A DNA stretch of 63,477 nucleotides, the filler included, from Nemertoderma westbladi (taxonomy: Eukaryota; Animalia; Xenacoelomorpha), in the NCBI GenBank assembly GCA_032718475.1. It is 4 parts of 4 records of this genome, joined end to end, with 100 filler letters (N's around TTAATTAATTAA, not from the genome) between each part and the next. Parts side by side here need not be neighbours in the genome. Positions count along the whole stretch, not along the records: positions 29,094 to 47,966 come from JAUCBJ010006229.1; 3 more parts are not named here. One strand, written 5' to 3'. The position numbers and the translations under genes were made by a program. This document shows, piece by piece, positions 29,096-40,658 of this stretch. The stretch's first letter is position 1; the number at the start of each line of letters is the position of its first letter. The notes under the pieces are model-generated. The model was given only the letters and a program-made list of their open reading frames with translations. It searched no databases and had not been told where the DNA came from.

Positions 29096-32000
29096 CCCAG
29101 AATACCGGGACCAGAGCAACGCAGACGAAACAAAGAAAAATACAAACTCAGAGTCGATAAGAATATATCAAAGTGGCTCGGGAACCAACGTGATTCGTCG
29201 GGGGTTGAGGAGCTGGAAGATTGGCACGATGTGGTAGACAGGAACAGTAGACCCCCGCTCGCCCTCACTGTAACCCATATCAACCACAGCCACGACCTCC
29301 AGCGACTACGTGCCGATAGCATCACGAGCAGCGATAATCAAACGTCGGCCGAATGGTTGGGTCTCCACGGGATCAAGGCTCTGGGATTAACCGTGGACGA
29401 CCTCATAAGTAAAGGGGAGATCACCAAAGTAGAAGACGAATATTACAATGGAGAAAAACATCAACTTCAGTTTGATCCCCGATATGTCAATAGCTTTGAA
29501 AGGAGACTGAATGAAGCAATTGGTGACATCAATAATCGTATTAACTGGTTAATGCACAGTAGTCGAAAGAGATTCGGACTTGTTAAAGGAAAGAATATTT
29601 GTTTAATCGTAGATTCGTCCAATGCAAATTTACAAGTTGGTCGTAGAAATGACTTTATACGAGGCCTACAAAGCTTGCTCAATGAACAGTTGAGCGTAAA
29701 ACATAGCATCATGCTCATTGGAGCAGGAAGTACGCTGAACATATTTTATGATGGACTGAAAGAAATAACGCATTATACCTTGGAGGAATCAAAAGAATGG
29801 ATAAAGTCGCTGGAAGGAAACGGCGGGAATAATCTACTCGCCGCTCTACAAATTGCTTTAGGTTTTCAAGATATTGATAATATTTGTTGCATAATGGGTT
29901 CCAGTCCAGATCAAAGTCACGAGATTTTGTGCGGCTTTGTGCAGGAAAAGCTGATTGGACGCCAGTTGCCGATTCAAACTATTTCCTACGAATGCACCAA
30001 TCACTTGACTAACTTGGCGCTCAGAAACATCGCGGAAGTTTCCGGTGGTCGGTTTCACATTTACAATTCCGCAGACATCCGACAAATACATTCCGGCTCC
30101 GACATGGTGGCCTTATTGAGCGAGATCGAGGCTGCCAAAGACGTGGAAAGAAAGATCAACGAAATGAGACAAGGAATGGTAGGCGAGGCTTTAGCAAGCG
30201 CGATGGTGGAAATATCTGAAGAAGTGCGAAAACTTCCAAGTAGTCGATTTTTGCCAAGGCCACCAAATCATACCGGTCCTCTAAAAATTAATGAAGCCAG
30301 TTTCGAGGCAAAATCTACAGCAGAGTGGTTCAAAGAACATGGATTGAGAGCAAACGGTTTAAATTTATACCAGGTTTTGGCACCTAATGCATTCAGTTAC
30401 AAGGAAGGTTTCATTCCGGTAATTGACAAGAGAGTGAAGTCGGTGAATAATGAAAGAGCGATGGTGCAGTTTAAATGGCACGATGCATCTATAAAAAACG
30501 TCCATGTTGATGCGGCAATGTTGTTCGAGTACCAAAGGCGTCTATGTGATATCGTTTCTGTTTACGAGCAAAGAATTGAATGGCTGTCATTAGGAAGTCG
30601 ACGACTTTGGGGTAATGTTATGGGTCAAAGAGTTTGTCTACTCATAGACACGTGCGAACAAAATATGAAATACATCATTCATATCCAACATAGTATTCGA
30701 TTATTACTGGAGCATCAATTCAGTAATAAGAACTATTTCAATATAATTGCTTTTGGCGACAAAGCAAATGCTTGGAAACCACAACCGGTTGTGGTTACTC
30801 CACAATCGCTTCAACTCGCATGGAGTTGGACATTAGGGTTGGAGTGTTCTGGTGGCAGAAACTTTCTTGAAGCATTTAAAATGGCGGCAAGTGACTGTTA
30901 CGATGAGGTCTATCTATTTTCATCAGGATTGCCAGACCACATTCCAGATGTTTGTGTTTCATTCGTGAGAGAGGTATGTGCAGGAACAGACACTAAGTTG
31001 CATACCATTCTTTACTCCATTGATGACAGTTATGAAGATAACGGAAGGTACGGGAACCAGGCAACAATGAGAGAACAATTCAAACAATTAGCACAAGCTG
31101 GAAATGGGCGTTTCCATTGGTTCAAAGACACGGGCGTTGTTGAAAGCGACGATGTTGAAATCATCTTGAACGAAATTCGGAAAGCCGCAACGTTTTGCAA
31201 AAAAGCAGCCAGTCTGATTGAATCTCTGCAGAGAAAATCTTCTAATGTGAAAAAGTTTACAAAACCTGCAGACAAATATCCAATGGTAGCTGAGTTTAGA
31301 CAACCTATTCCCATGCCACCTAGACAAACAATTTTGTCGAGCATGAGGCAAATGATATCACAAGAGAACCTGGAGAAGGACAAGACAAAGAACATGATAT
31401 CTTTGGGTCTTTTGCCACAAAGTTACACGAAAACAAGAAAGCGTATTTTGAAGAAAAATGAGGTGAAAGTTAAGATGTTTTATACCAGCGAAGAGGGAAA
31501 GATGAACAGCAAGGGTGGTGTCCTTCAAGTTACCAAGAAAACAAAGCAAATACAGAATGTTGATATTTCTTCTAGATTTTCCAAATCCGGTGTCATAGCT
31601 TCCATTACCACAAGAAAATGGTTAAAGCAATATGGTCTTAGTAAGCTAGGTCTCAACTTGAACAAAAAAGCTTTGGACCAGCCTGAATGTCGACACGAAA
31701 AAATATCAATAATTTCAAAACGAAAGATACAGAAAGACAATAATTACTGTTCCGTTCTTCCAAGTATTCCAGCGAAAGGAACAGTGAAACACATTCCGAT
31801 GACATTTAACGAAATTAGTAGCTTTATTGCGGACATACAGCATGTTATAAAGCAGTACGTCAAACGTCTCCAGTGGCTCCTAAATGGCAGTAGAAGGGTT
31901 TTCGGAACGGTTGTAGAAAGAAAAGTCGTAATAATTATTGACTCTTCCGGATCTATGGAACCCTACATTGAGAATTTGAAAAAAGATTTGTGTTCTCTAA

Positions 32001-32926
32001 TATGGGACCAGTTGAACAAAAATCAGATTTATTTCAACATATTACGATTTAGTGACACAATCGATTCTTTCGCAGATGGACTACAAGAACCGACAAAGGA
32101 AAATTGTTACAACGCCACACAATGGGTGAATAAATGCATCGTAGCTAACGGGGGTACATGTACATTGGAGGCCCTAAAAGAAGCTCATAGCGACAACGAT
32201 ACAGACGGAATATACTTACTTACTGACGGAAAACCGAACTCAAGTTGTTCTCTTGTTCTATCTGAAATCCAAAAACTTTATGCTACAAGTACAAGCAGCG
32301 TTCCGATTCACACGATATCGTTCAACTGTAATGATGAGATAGCCAACACGTTTTTAATGCAACTGTCAGCCCAGACCCACGGTCGGTACTTGCGTTACTC
32401 CGATGTCGACATGATGACCATTCAACAGTTCTCCCACGCGTTGCAGAAACCCACACTAAACGAAATGGAAGAATTAACATACCCGGATATACAAGGCGAC
32501 GATATTTCTAGGTTAATTTCTGAGATACGTTCGGCTCAAGAGTTCTGGAGTGTCGCTTACAACTGTCTGTCGTGTATCTCGCCAGTGAAGGATGCGATTC
32601 CAGACGACCCCGAAAATGAGGCTCCGGTATTCGCGAATCCATTGAAAGACATTTCGGTTCGACTCGGAACTAAAGTTTGTTTCTCCGTGAAGGTGAGTGG
32701 AACGCCGAGACCGTCAGTGGTGTGGCGTCACGAGGGCTACGAAATTGTACCCGGACTCGAGCATAAAAAACTTTTCAAAAAAGGGGATACATATTTGCTA
32801 ATTATTAGTGGAGCCAATCCTGAAGATGAAGGCAAATACAGCGTCACGGCTGAAAATGCCTCGGGAATTACCATATCCGAAGCCGTGCTTTTAGTTCAAG
32901 AACAAAATTATACTCCGGAACTATAA
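29096..32926 (+). CDS. VWA3A: von Willebrand factor A domain-containing protein 3A homolog, 5'-truncated by the gap, intronless over 3.8 kb, with an extra C-terminal Ig I-set domain
   Basis: Frame is open from the contig edge (the ORF-track start is a GTG). Three WL..(H/Y)GL + VWA modules. LYQVLAPNAF, AMVQFKWHD, YEQRIEWLSLGSRRLWG and YIIHIQHSIRLLLEHQ match VWA3A closely. Confidence 0.9.
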   Translation, partial: PRIPGPEQRRRNKEKYKLRVDKNISKWLGNQRDSSGVEELEDWHDVVDRNSRPPLALTVTHINHSHDLQRLRADSITSSDNQTSAEWLGLHGIKALGLTVDDLISKGEITKVEDEYYNGEKHQLQFDPRYVNSFERRLNEAIGDINNRINWLMHSSRKRFGLVKGKNICLIVDSSNANLQVGRRNDFIRGLQSLLNEQLSVKHSIMLIGAGSTLNIFYDGLKEITHYTLEESKEWIKSLEGNGGNNLLAALQIALGFQDIDNICCIMGSSPDQSHEILCGFVQEKLIGRQLPIQTISYECTNHLTNLALRNIAEVSGGRFHIYNSADIRQIHSGSDMVALLSEIEAAKDVERKINEMRQGMVGEALASAMVEISEEVRKLPSSRFLPRPPNHTGPLKINEASFEAKSTAEWFKEHGLRANGLNLYQVLAPNAFSYKEGFIPVIDKRVKSVNNERAMVQFKWHDASIKNVHVDAAMLFEYQRRLCDIVSVYEQRIEWLSLGSRRLWGNVMGQRVCLLIDTCEQNMKYIIHIQHSIRLLLEHQFSNKNYFNIIAFGDKANAWKPQPVVVTPQSLQLAWSWTLGLECSGGRNFLEAFKMAASDCYDEVYLFSSGLPDHIPDVCVSFVREVCAGTDTKLHTILYSIDDSYEDNGRYGNQATMREQFKQLAQAGNGRFHWFKDTGVVESDDVEIILNEIRKAATFCKKAASLIESLQRKSSNVKKFTKPADKYPMVAEFRQPIPMPPRQTILSSMRQMISQENLEKDKTKNMISLGLLPQSYTKTRKRILKKNEVKVKMFYTSEEGKMNSKGGVLQVTKKTKQIQNVDISSRFSKSGVIASITTRKWLKQYGLSKLGLNLNKKALDQPECRHEKISIISKRKIQKDNNYCSVLPSIPAKGTVKHIPMTFNEISSFIADIQHVIKQYVKRLQWLLNGSRRVFGTVVERKVVIIIDSSGSMEPYIENLKKDLCSLIWDQLNKNQIYFNILRFSDTIDSFADGLQEPTKENCYNATQWVNKCIVANGGTCTLEALKEAHSDNDTDGIYLLTDGKPNSSCSLVLSEIQKLYATSTSSVPIHTISFNCNDEIANTFLMQLSAQTHGRYLRYSDVDMMTIQQFSHALQKPTLNEMEELTYPDIQGDDISRLISEIRSAQEFWSVAYNCLSCISPVKDAIPDDPENEAPVFANPLKDISVRLGTKVCFSVKVSGTPRPSVVWRHEGYEIVPGLEHKKLFKKGDTYLLIISGANPEDEGKYSVTAENASGITISEAVLLVQEQNYTPEL

Positions 32927-33319
32927 ACGAGCAAACTAAATGTTATTATTGATAACTAATTAACTAAGTTTTATTGTCATAGATTTCCTGGTGTGTAATT
33001 CGTACCATCATTTTGTCAAATTATTATTAAACTGTAATATAATATATTATTAATAATAATAATATTTCTACCGCACCTTTTACGTACTGTTCAAAGGCGC
33101 AATCATTGCGTTAGTTAAAATACAATACACATATCATCATCACTCAAATGAAACAGACCAAAACAAAACAATACCAATAAAATAATTGAGGCTATTACAA
33201 TGTAGGTAAAGTATTAGCTATTTACAAAGCATGCAATTAAATTCAAGCAATTGCTCGTTAAATAATTAAAAATTAATAGATAAAATAATCGCCATTAACC
33301 TTCATCCATAATAATGCAG

Positions 33320-33590
33320 TTTAAAGAGGTGTGTCTTCGCAACAGTAGTGGGCGCACGGCGGACTTCGAGTGGAAGAGGATTCCAAATAGTGGGTGCAGA
33401 TACAGCGAAAGATCGCTGACTGTAGCTCTCTAAGTTAAATCGTGGGATGAGGAGGAGACCCTGCCTGATCACTGGAGCGCAGTGGGCGTGGTGTAGAGTA
33501 TGGATGCAAGAGATCAGTAAGATAGGCCAATATTATTAAGGCACTTACTTATAAGCCAAAAGCGGAATTTTAAAATCAATGCGGCAATTG
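33320..33590 (-). mobile_element. Decayed L2/CR1-group LINE 3' fragment
   Basis: Minus-strand translation gives RIDFKIPLLAYK and QRSFAVSAPTIWNPLP, typical post-RT motifs of L2/CR1 ORF2. Confidence 0.7.
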
Positions 33591-34560
33591 AATGAATTGA
33601 AAATTTTCAGAACTACCCTGTTCGAAAAACGTTGATTATTTGTCAAAACTTCCAAACAAGAATGGCTGGCTTTTTACTCTCAGCCCACGATAAGGGAAGG
33701 GTGTGGCGTGTGGGGGAATTTAGATAAGTAAAGAAGATAAAAGTAAATGTGCCAGTACAATATGTTTTTTGTTGCGTTTCTGTTGAAATAAAAGTGCAAA
33801 GTTCAAAGACAGACGACAGTGGTGAATGAGTAATACTTCCTTATTGTTTTTCAAAGACAGACGGCAGTGGTGAATGAGTAAATACCTCCTTATTGTTTTT
33901 GATAATATGCAAAGCGGCAGTTTGACAATATTTATATTATGTTGGTTGAATACATTCTTCAGTCTGACATTAGTTACTGCAGTTGTATTCCTGTCGGGCG
34001 AGCGACGAAAGTAAGCGAGCTTAGCATACAGGTACCACTAACTCAATCGGTGTGTCTGTTGCTCTGTTGTTCTGTCGATCTGTTCTTCTGTTGTTCTGTC
34101 GTTCTGTTGTGTCCAATTTTAAACGTTAATAACTCAGCCAAATGTTAATGAAATTTAACCAAACTTGGTACACATGTAGTCTGGCCAAAGTTTGGAAATT
34201 TTCCAAGTTAAATTTGCGTGGGGTCTTCGTGCAGCATCTGTGTCACTGTCTTACAGTTATAATAAATTAATCTACCCAAAAATTATTAGGCTTGGCATCA
34301 GCTGGTTGCTAGGAGACTACAGGATTACAGTACGGTACAGGTACTGTTAATTGTTGCAGTGGTACAGAGTTACCGGTACCGTCTTCAGGTCGTTGGTCGT
34401 TGGCAGGTGGGCAAGGCCATCTAAACAACTTCTTCATCTAAACAGCTTCCGACAGTCCGGTGTATCTGGACCCGAGCAGCCGAGTGGCATCAAGATGCGA
34501 TTAACTGAGGAATAAATACTACGGAATTGCTTGCTTGTCAGTAAGATTCTATTTACTACA

Positions 34561-34940
34561 GGGGCCGTCCAAGTATGACGTCTGCACTTTTCCCCAAAAT
34601 GTTGACCCCCTCCCTCCCCTAAATCAGATGTCATCAGATAGGCGTTGACCCCCCCCCCCCCCCCCCTAAATCAGATTTAAAAAAATTTCGCGTCCTAATC
34701 ACTGAAACATGGTGACTGGTAACTGAAACAGAAGGTCGTGCTACGGGCCTTCGGGGGCTTCCAACAATTAAAATAGGCAAGCTATTTACTCTTCTGCTAT
34801 ATCTCTTCTAGCACCTATAAATGAACATGCTGACGTCAGATTTTGGCTGACCCCCTCCCCTCCCCTCATCAGCACGTCATCAGATTTTCCCAACCCCCCT
34901 CCCCCCCCCTAAAGTGCTGACGTCATACTTGGACGGCCCC
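34561..34940. mobile_element. MITE with 30-bp TIRs and 3-bp TSD (PIF/Harbinger-like)
   Basis: GGGGCCGTCCAAGTATGACGTCTGCACTTT ... AAAGTGCTGACGTCATACTTGGACGGCCCC (one mismatch). ACA on both flanks. Confidence 0.88.
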
Positions 34941-37691
34941 ACACTGGGAATGCGGCGGTCGGTCGGATCGTAATGCGGGCCACTGCCAAGTTCCTCATGC
35001 CTCACTCAGGCCACCCACCTTGGAGTGCGGTGGGAAGAGTCCGACTTACGTCGACGACTGGACGAATCGACGAGGATTGCGATTTGAGTTTAGCGGCGGC
35101 CCGGACAGCCGGATCCTGGGATCGCCAGGGGGAAATTGTTTAAAGTCGGGCACACGTGTATTGTATCGGATTACGTTCTCTGCCACGCGAAAGTGTGAGG
35201 CGAATTCGTTGTCGAATTGGGTCGGAAGCTGCGGGAATTCTACTGTTCTACGGGAATAAACCGCAGCTGTCCGGTGACTACGGACGGATACTGGGATGAG
35301 CAGGTATTTCGATCAAGTTTCTCGTATTCTCGATTTTCTCAAATTCTCGATATTTCCTATAAACCACATGGCTTCGCATATTGAACGTGTGATTGGAAAT
35401 AAGTTTGTGCTACTCTTCCGCCCCTTGGGTGGTAGATGTCTGTCGCGGTTATGTATTGGTTGGTAGGAAGGGGGGGGGGGGGGGGGGGGGGCAGATTAAA
35501 AGGGCTGAACACGTACTGTCCCCCTTTCTTTGATTGATTGTCGGTATGGTTAAATTTTGAAATACTGATTTTGTGATACAGTCGCTCAGTTTTTATTTGT
35601 ATGTCATAACTGGGCCTCGTCCTGTGCGAAGGCCCCACGAACGTGTAAATACAACTACAGCTATAATAACTACGTCAGAATTCCATAGACTAGATAAAAC
35701 AAACGAAGCTCATTTAAGTCATATTATAATGACTAGTTGGTTTTGTTTAATAAAACTTTTACTCCCAGCTGGCTACTAGAGTCTGTTTTTAGAACTATGA
35801 AGGTGAAGGTACTGTAGTATGTAGGTAGTATGTAGCTAACAAATAGCGGTCCTGCAATGGTAAAGTGCTAACTGTGTTAAAGTGCTAACCTAAAGTGCTA
35901 ACCTAAAGTGCTAACACACCCTGAAAGTAAGTTGTAAAAGACAAAAGTTGACTACAATTTCGGGTTCCGATGGGCTCATTTCGAAGTGTTAGCAGTTTGA
36001 CCCCTTTGCAAGCAGAAATTGAACACGTCAAATACTGTAGCAACAAATTTTAACAACTGCCCTCTAGCGACCAGATTCAGAATTATTGAAAGCACTCAGA
36101 GTTTCTTAATAAGACATATTCTAATTGTTAGCTCTTTAAGGCTAATTTTGTTATATAATTATTGCATAGCAAGCCACAGAGCAGATGTTAGCGTTTTATA
36201 ACTAAAAATTGAAATAAATTGTTTATTAATCGAGCCGAGAGCACAAGAGGAGATTTTGAGATTCTGAAATAAATAATACCGGCCAGCAGAAAACATAAAG
36301 TGCTAACATTAGGCCTATCCATGCTGCCGTGTTGGTGTTACCATTTTACAATGGTGAATGTATGCATTTGAATATTTCACACAATTATCATATGACATGT
36401 GGAATATAATGTCTTTATTGGGGTAGGCCTACCTGAATCCCCCCACAAAAATAACTTCTACAAATCTTAATGAGATTGCTTGAAATTAGAAACAGATAGT
36501 GCGGCACTATATATCTGGATATATCCGCGCTTGAAAATAGTATGTTTTAGCATCTATTTGGGACTATATAATTTCCAAACAAACAATTAATATGTTCAGT
36601 AATATTACTTAAATGTTATATTTTGTTTCACTATTCGTAATATGGCGTTTTATGATATGGCGTAATATGACAAAATAATCGGTACTAATCTGTATTAAAA
36701 TATACATTGTTGTACATTTATTTTAATTTTATGTTTAAGAAAAAATATGTTGACTTTGTTGAAACAAAATAAATATTGATATTTTTGAAACAAATTTATT
36801 AAATATTTAGGCCTTTTATAATATAATTCAATATCCTTTTACATCGAAAATAACGATAACGAGTTAGCACTTTATGATTTGTGATGTTTTGAAATATTTT
36901 TACGATTTACAGATTTAGGCTTAGGCCTACCATCACATCAAATCTTAGCCTAATATTACTATTGTTTTTGGTGTTTTTAGTAAGTTAGCGCATTAGAACT
37001 TGAGCCCTTTTGCGGGTGGTGCAGAATTGGTGTTGCTAAAAAGTATGTTACTGAGTTAGCACATTAGTACTTTCAGAAATCACTGGTACGGTGCCACTTT
37101 AGCAAGGAAATCTCGCGTTAGCGCTTACAGACTTTTATGTGGTGGTGATACTACCAGTAAATTAGAGAAAGTGATACACCAACTCCGGACTGGCACTTCC
37201 TACTCTCTGGGAGGGGGTTGCTATGGCTTTAACATAGAATAAAAGCTCCAAATACGCCATAATATAAATCTTGAGGCAAGCTATAAATTATCACGGGGAC
37301 ATATGAATGTGTGGACCACGGTACCATACCAAGTAGTAGTCTGAACTTAGCGATATTGGTACTGTAGTTTGTTGTTAAGCATTTTTTCTGCATTATTTTG
37401 AACCATTTTCTACAGTAGGCCTAGTAGGTCAATTTTTTTTATTATTGGACGGTTCTTGTTAGACGTCGATGGATGATAAGTTAATAATTAATTCCTGGAA
37501 TGGCATTTTAACGAGAAAATTACTAATTTGTCAAATTAAGAAAGAAGTAATTGAAAATTTTAAATTTTGATGAAAAATTGCCTGCTCTGGCGCAGGCTCC
37601 TGCCAAATTCCAACTCCAATCAAGCCATATATGGTAAAACTATATCTCATACTTGGATACTTGAATATTAATTAACTGCCCAGATTCAACA

Positions 37692-38888
37692 ATGTCAGCT
37701 TCTCTATCAAATCTAACAGAAGATGACTTACCTGTACTACAGGTCCAACTTCAACACTTCCCGGATGGAGACAAGTTTCTATACGCCGATACCGAGGGCG
37801 TCGTTGTTTGCGATGCAACGAACCTCGGAGATATCGGGCGGTACAAAGATGAGGATAAGAGAGGAATATACCGATGCGCTATATCCTGTGATGCTAAGAG
37901 AGTCGCGGGAACTGTCGATAGTGATAATGTTGTTGGGGGTGTAAATGTTTGGGATGCGGAGAGTCGTGAGCTGTTATTCCACGTCGCTCACAATGAACTC
38001 CGTATAAACTGGACTTCTAGAGTAAAAGATCAAATCGCCCTCACCTTCTCCCCATCAGATCCCAACGTGTTCGCGACTGGGTGCCGCGATGGTACATTAT
38101 CCATAATTGCCATCATCGGTACCGCAACGGGTAATACCTTTGCTCATAAAACATGGGCGGCTCATAGTTCCTTGGTAAAGGGTGTTGTATTCTCTAGAGA
38201 CGGTTCCCAGGTGGTTAGCGGTTCCTTGGATGGAACCGTTAATCTCTGGGACCTCAAAGGGAACCTAATAAAGGTTCTTATGGAAGGGGAGAGGGAAGTC
38301 CATTCGGTAGCGTTTAATACAGATGGTACTAAACTGTTAATAGGGGGTGACGGGTTCACTAAATGTATTTCCTTTATAACCGGTGTGGAATTATGGGAAC
38401 AGAGTGTAGATGGGTCGGTGGTTAAATGGGAACCTAAGGGTGGTAGAGTTGCTGTGCTGGACTTTTTCCAAGGTGATTCAATTTTCAGTATAGATTCTAA
38501 TATAAATATATTAGATGAAGGTAACGGGAGGGTAATAAAGAAGTTTGTGGGCCGCCCGGGTGCGGAGTGTGACCCGTTCCGTACTATGGACTTCCACCCA
38601 GACGGGAATTACCTACTGATTGGTTATTTAGAGGGAACTATTATTAAAATTAATATAAACCAAACCGATCAGATAGAACATATTAATGTACGAGAAGTTA
38701 GTGAGAAAATAAAAGGAGCAAAAAAATGGGAAGAAATAGGGAAATACGTTGGGAAGGTGGGCCCGTTAGGAGAAGAAATACAACAAAAGGTTAGGGAATT
38801 ATCGGGTAATTATTATATTATCTGTGCTGTTATGTTTGCTATTATTGCTATTATGTTTGCTTATATTGTTATGGGATATTATTATTAA
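37692..38888 (+). CDS. WD40 beta-propeller protein with a C-terminal hydrophobic helix, intronless, 398 aa
   Basis: Clear WD repeats (AHSSLVKGVVFSRDGSQVVSGSLDGTVNLWD; VHSVAFNTDGTKLLIGG; MDFHPDGNYLLIGYLEGTI). Ends YYIICAVMFAIIAIMFAYIVMGYYY*. Confidence 0.85.
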   Translation: MSASLSNLTEDDLPVLQVQLQHFPDGDKFLYADTEGVVVCDATNLGDIGRYKDEDKRGIYRCAISCDAKRVAGTVDSDNVVGGVNVWDAESRELLFHVAHNELRINWTSRVKDQIALTFSPSDPNVFATGCRDGTLSIIAIIGTATGNTFAHKTWAAHSSLVKGVVFSRDGSQVVSGSLDGTVNLWDLKGNLIKVLMEGEREVHSVAFNTDGTKLLIGGDGFTKCISFITGVELWEQSVDGSVVKWEPKGGRVAVLDFFQGDSIFSIDSNINILDEGNGRVIKKFVGRPGAECDPFRTMDFHPDGNYLLIGYLEGTIIKININQTDQIEHINVREVSEKIKGAKKWEEIGKYVGKVGPLGEEIQQKVRELSGNYYIICAVMFAIIAIMFAYIVMGYYY

Positions 38889-39427
38889 TTCGTAATGTTT
38901 TGTTTTATCCGTTAGATATACGGTTATAATTATTAGTCAGAATAATATTAGTCTAATTAAATTTTTTAAAAAGAGAAAGAGAAATAAATTCACAGAGGGA
39001 CAAATCACTTACAGGTAGAATCGCACAAAATAATAAACTTATTATTATTATTATAATATTATTATTCGGATGGAGACACCATAGCAGCGTATTAACAATT
39101 GAAATAAGATTAAAACCAAAAACAGATATAACTCACTAAACACTATAAATACCAGACGGTTCACGCTATGACATATAATAAAACATTATATAAACAAGTA
39201 GAAAGTCAAATAACCTAAATACAAAAAAAGAAAAATTAAAGTACAGTTATCCTCATAAAATTATTAAGCATTAACCTTAAAAAAAGAGATTAGTCTATAC
39301 ACAGTACATAATTAATAAATACAAAGTAAGAAAAGCTACACAATTACATACAGTATTTCTATTAAATTTTAGATAGTTAGTGAAGTCACGTGATTGAAGG
39401 CGCGATTTAACAAGCGCGAAATCTCTC

Positions 39428-39619
39428 AAAGGTCCGCGTCTACTAACACACGAACTGTCTCCTTGAATGGCTTACTACCAAAGGTCCGCGTCTACTAACA
39501 CACGAACTGTCTCCTTGAATGGCTTACTACTAAAGGTCCGCGTCTACTAACGCAAGAACTGTCTCCTTGAATGGCTTACTACCAAAGGTCCGCGTCTACT
39601 AACGCATGAACTGTCTCCT
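39428..39619. repeat. 52-bp tandem repeat, ~3.7 copies, followed by (CTGA)n
   Basis: AAAGGTCCGCGTCTACTAAC recurs at 39428, 39480, 39532, 39584. Confidence 0.9.
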
Positions 39620-39751
39620 CCTACGAGAGGTTCATTACCGTAATAAGAATTGCTCGTGGCTGGCTGACTGACTGACTGACCGACTGACTGACTGACTGAC
39701 TTTTGGGTAATTTATTATTACCGGTATATATATAATTGTTCATTTAATTTT

Positions 39752-39955
39752 GTGTGTAAACGCTACGCCGACAACCACTGCCAACAATGGGAAGTATGAA
39801 AATGTATCCTGAGTTCGCGACTCTTGTTTATTGTTTTGGTTAGAATAACCTTCCACTGTAACCCGATCCTTTCCCTTAATTGATAATTAACATTAATTTG
39901 TTTTAACAATGGTTGTCGGCGCTGGTTGTCGGTTGTCGGCATAGCGTTTACACCC
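39752..39955. mobile_element. Mutator-like MITE with 9-bp TSD
   Basis: TIR G(T/G)GTGTAAACGCTA(C/T)GCCGACAACC. TTTAATTTT duplicated at 39743-39751 and 39956-39964. Confidence 0.85.
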
Positions 39956-40458
39956 TTTAATTTTGCAGTTGTGTATACTACACAGGGAGATTCCCATTCA
40001 TTTTAATTTTTTGTTATAAAACAGTTTTAATTAATGCAAAGTAGCAAATGCCACGACGTTATCCAAAAACCACAGCTGTGAATATGACACTGAAACCTGT
40101 GCTAATGACTCTCGTTTATTGTTTTGGTTAAAATGACCTTCCGCTGTAACCTTTTATCTGTAACCCTTAATCGATTTATATTTACTTTCAAATGGATTTA
40201 CAGACATTGTGGTGAACACTTTTCAACATGCACGGACGCGAGAGGTTGTGCGTAACTAGAATTGAAATCCCGAAATTATTTGACAGTTAGTACTGTATAT
40301 AGTTTGCTAAGTTCATTTTGACTGGGCCGTGTTATGTTGTAACTGTTGTGTTGGTATAATGACTTAGTAACAAAAATGAATGTTTATAAATGATCGCAAA
40401 AACCAACTATGTGTTTATTGGGTTTGAAAAATTACTTCGCCCATGTGAAGTTTCCCAG

Positions 40459-40652
40459 GATTCCCATTCCTAGCGAAAAAAAACACATCGAAAATGAATT
40501 TGGCCCATTCACTATCATTAGGCAACTTTCCTATTTTCGACCATCTTCCCAAACAGTCTGGGAAACTTCACATGGGGGGTATTTTGGTATTCACGTGCTG
40601 CGCGAAGTCCTCTTTTTTGAGGAGGATGGTCTGTTGATCAGTCGGTCGGACG
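40459..40652 (+). CDS. Candidate internal exon of an unidentified gene
   Basis: tttcccAG| open frame IPIPSEKKHIENEFGPFTIIRQLSYFRPSSQTVWETSHGGYFGIHVLREVLFFEEDGLLISRSD |GTGAGT. No recognised homology. Confidence 0.4.
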
Positions 40653-40658
40653 GTGAGT

